A DNA stretch of 64,000 nucleotides from Eledone cirrhosa (taxonomy: Eukaryota). The notes under the pieces were generated by a model. It was not told the origin of the DNA and ran no database searches. It worked only from the letters and a program-made list of their open reading frames with translations. Below, piece by piece: positions 63,476 to 64,000 of this stretch. The first letter of the stretch is position 1, and every line of letters begins with the position of its first letter. The DNA lies in assembly GCA_964016885.1 (NCBI GenBank), contig OZ024743.1:358794001-358858000 (forward strand), read 5' to 3'. Position numbers and translations under genes: made by a program.

Positions 63476-64000
63476 TTCCTCCGTATTCCCCCACAGGTTA
63501 AGGTAAATTTTATTTCTAATTACCGGAATGACTGTCCAAAATCTTCTTACTTATGATCCCTATGTCCGACTTAGATGGGCTAATCAATCTAACAGAGGGG
63601 TTGCTAATAAAGTCTTCCTTGTGATCTTTTAGTGTAAACCTAGGTTGTTTAGGGGTGAAAGGTTGGGTATGTTTCTCTAGTTTTAATTTTCTAACAATAT
63701 CGAGCCCCTCTTTATTTCATCCAAGTTAGTGTAGGTTGTCTTTTTTATATAGTTCTTATTGAGTTCATTATAAATGAATCTGCGATACGTTATATAATCT
63801 AGGCTATAAATATTTTTAGTTTTATCTGATGGGACTAGGATAGAGTCATTATCGCCAAAATTCTTAACTATAGATTTGAGGTATCTACGGAATTTATTAG
63901 TATCGACATGATTTTTCCTGTATTTAACATTCCTTACCATAATTAAAAAATCGTTCTCAAAGTCATCTAACAAACTGATATGTGGTGGATTCTTCCTTTT

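Larger units (their letters stand above)
61321..64000 (-). mobile_element. Penelope-like element (Hydra-type), decayed, continuing beyond the window
   Basis: SDKT, TLKDHK, FDIDSYY, TMGS, GLYRDD, FLDVTLDL, HKPN..SNHP, FFIPPYN, CNCRRSENCPLKGKC, IVY..YVG, CNLC..E. Confidence 0.9.

Overview
Eukaryotic (animal) genomic DNA, AT-rich and full of microsatellites. The repeat content (very long (TA)n/(CA)n tracts, a recurrent tRNA-headed SINE, Penelope-like and Tx1 retroelements) suggests a cephalopod/Octopus-like genome; this is an inference, not a search result. No host protein-coding gene can be confidently identified. The window is a nested pile of mostly decayed retroelements: Penelope-like elements (PLEs; a Neptune-type copy with inverted pseudo-LTRs and two Hydra-type copies), an R4/Dong-clade RLE LINE, about ten Tx1-clade LINE copies or fragments, RTE 3' ends, a Gypsy LTR element inside an old CR1/Jockey-like LINE, SINEs and MITEs. 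Most short ORFs in the track are microsatellite or antisense artefacts. The most interesting signal is non-coding. There are about ten hammerhead-ribozyme-like motifs, most in PLE-type termini, several with non-canonical cores (U3-A8, A13C, U-U at the base of stem II). One at 343-405 (minus strand) has its three strands in a non-circularly permuted order (C-B-A). Two ~290-bp inverted-repeat cassettes each enclose a small structured RNA: one a hammerhead, the other a tRNA-like cloverleaf. Different retroelement families also sit in different microsatellites: TA, TAA/ATT, ATCT and TATG. All folds were assigned by eye and are untested.
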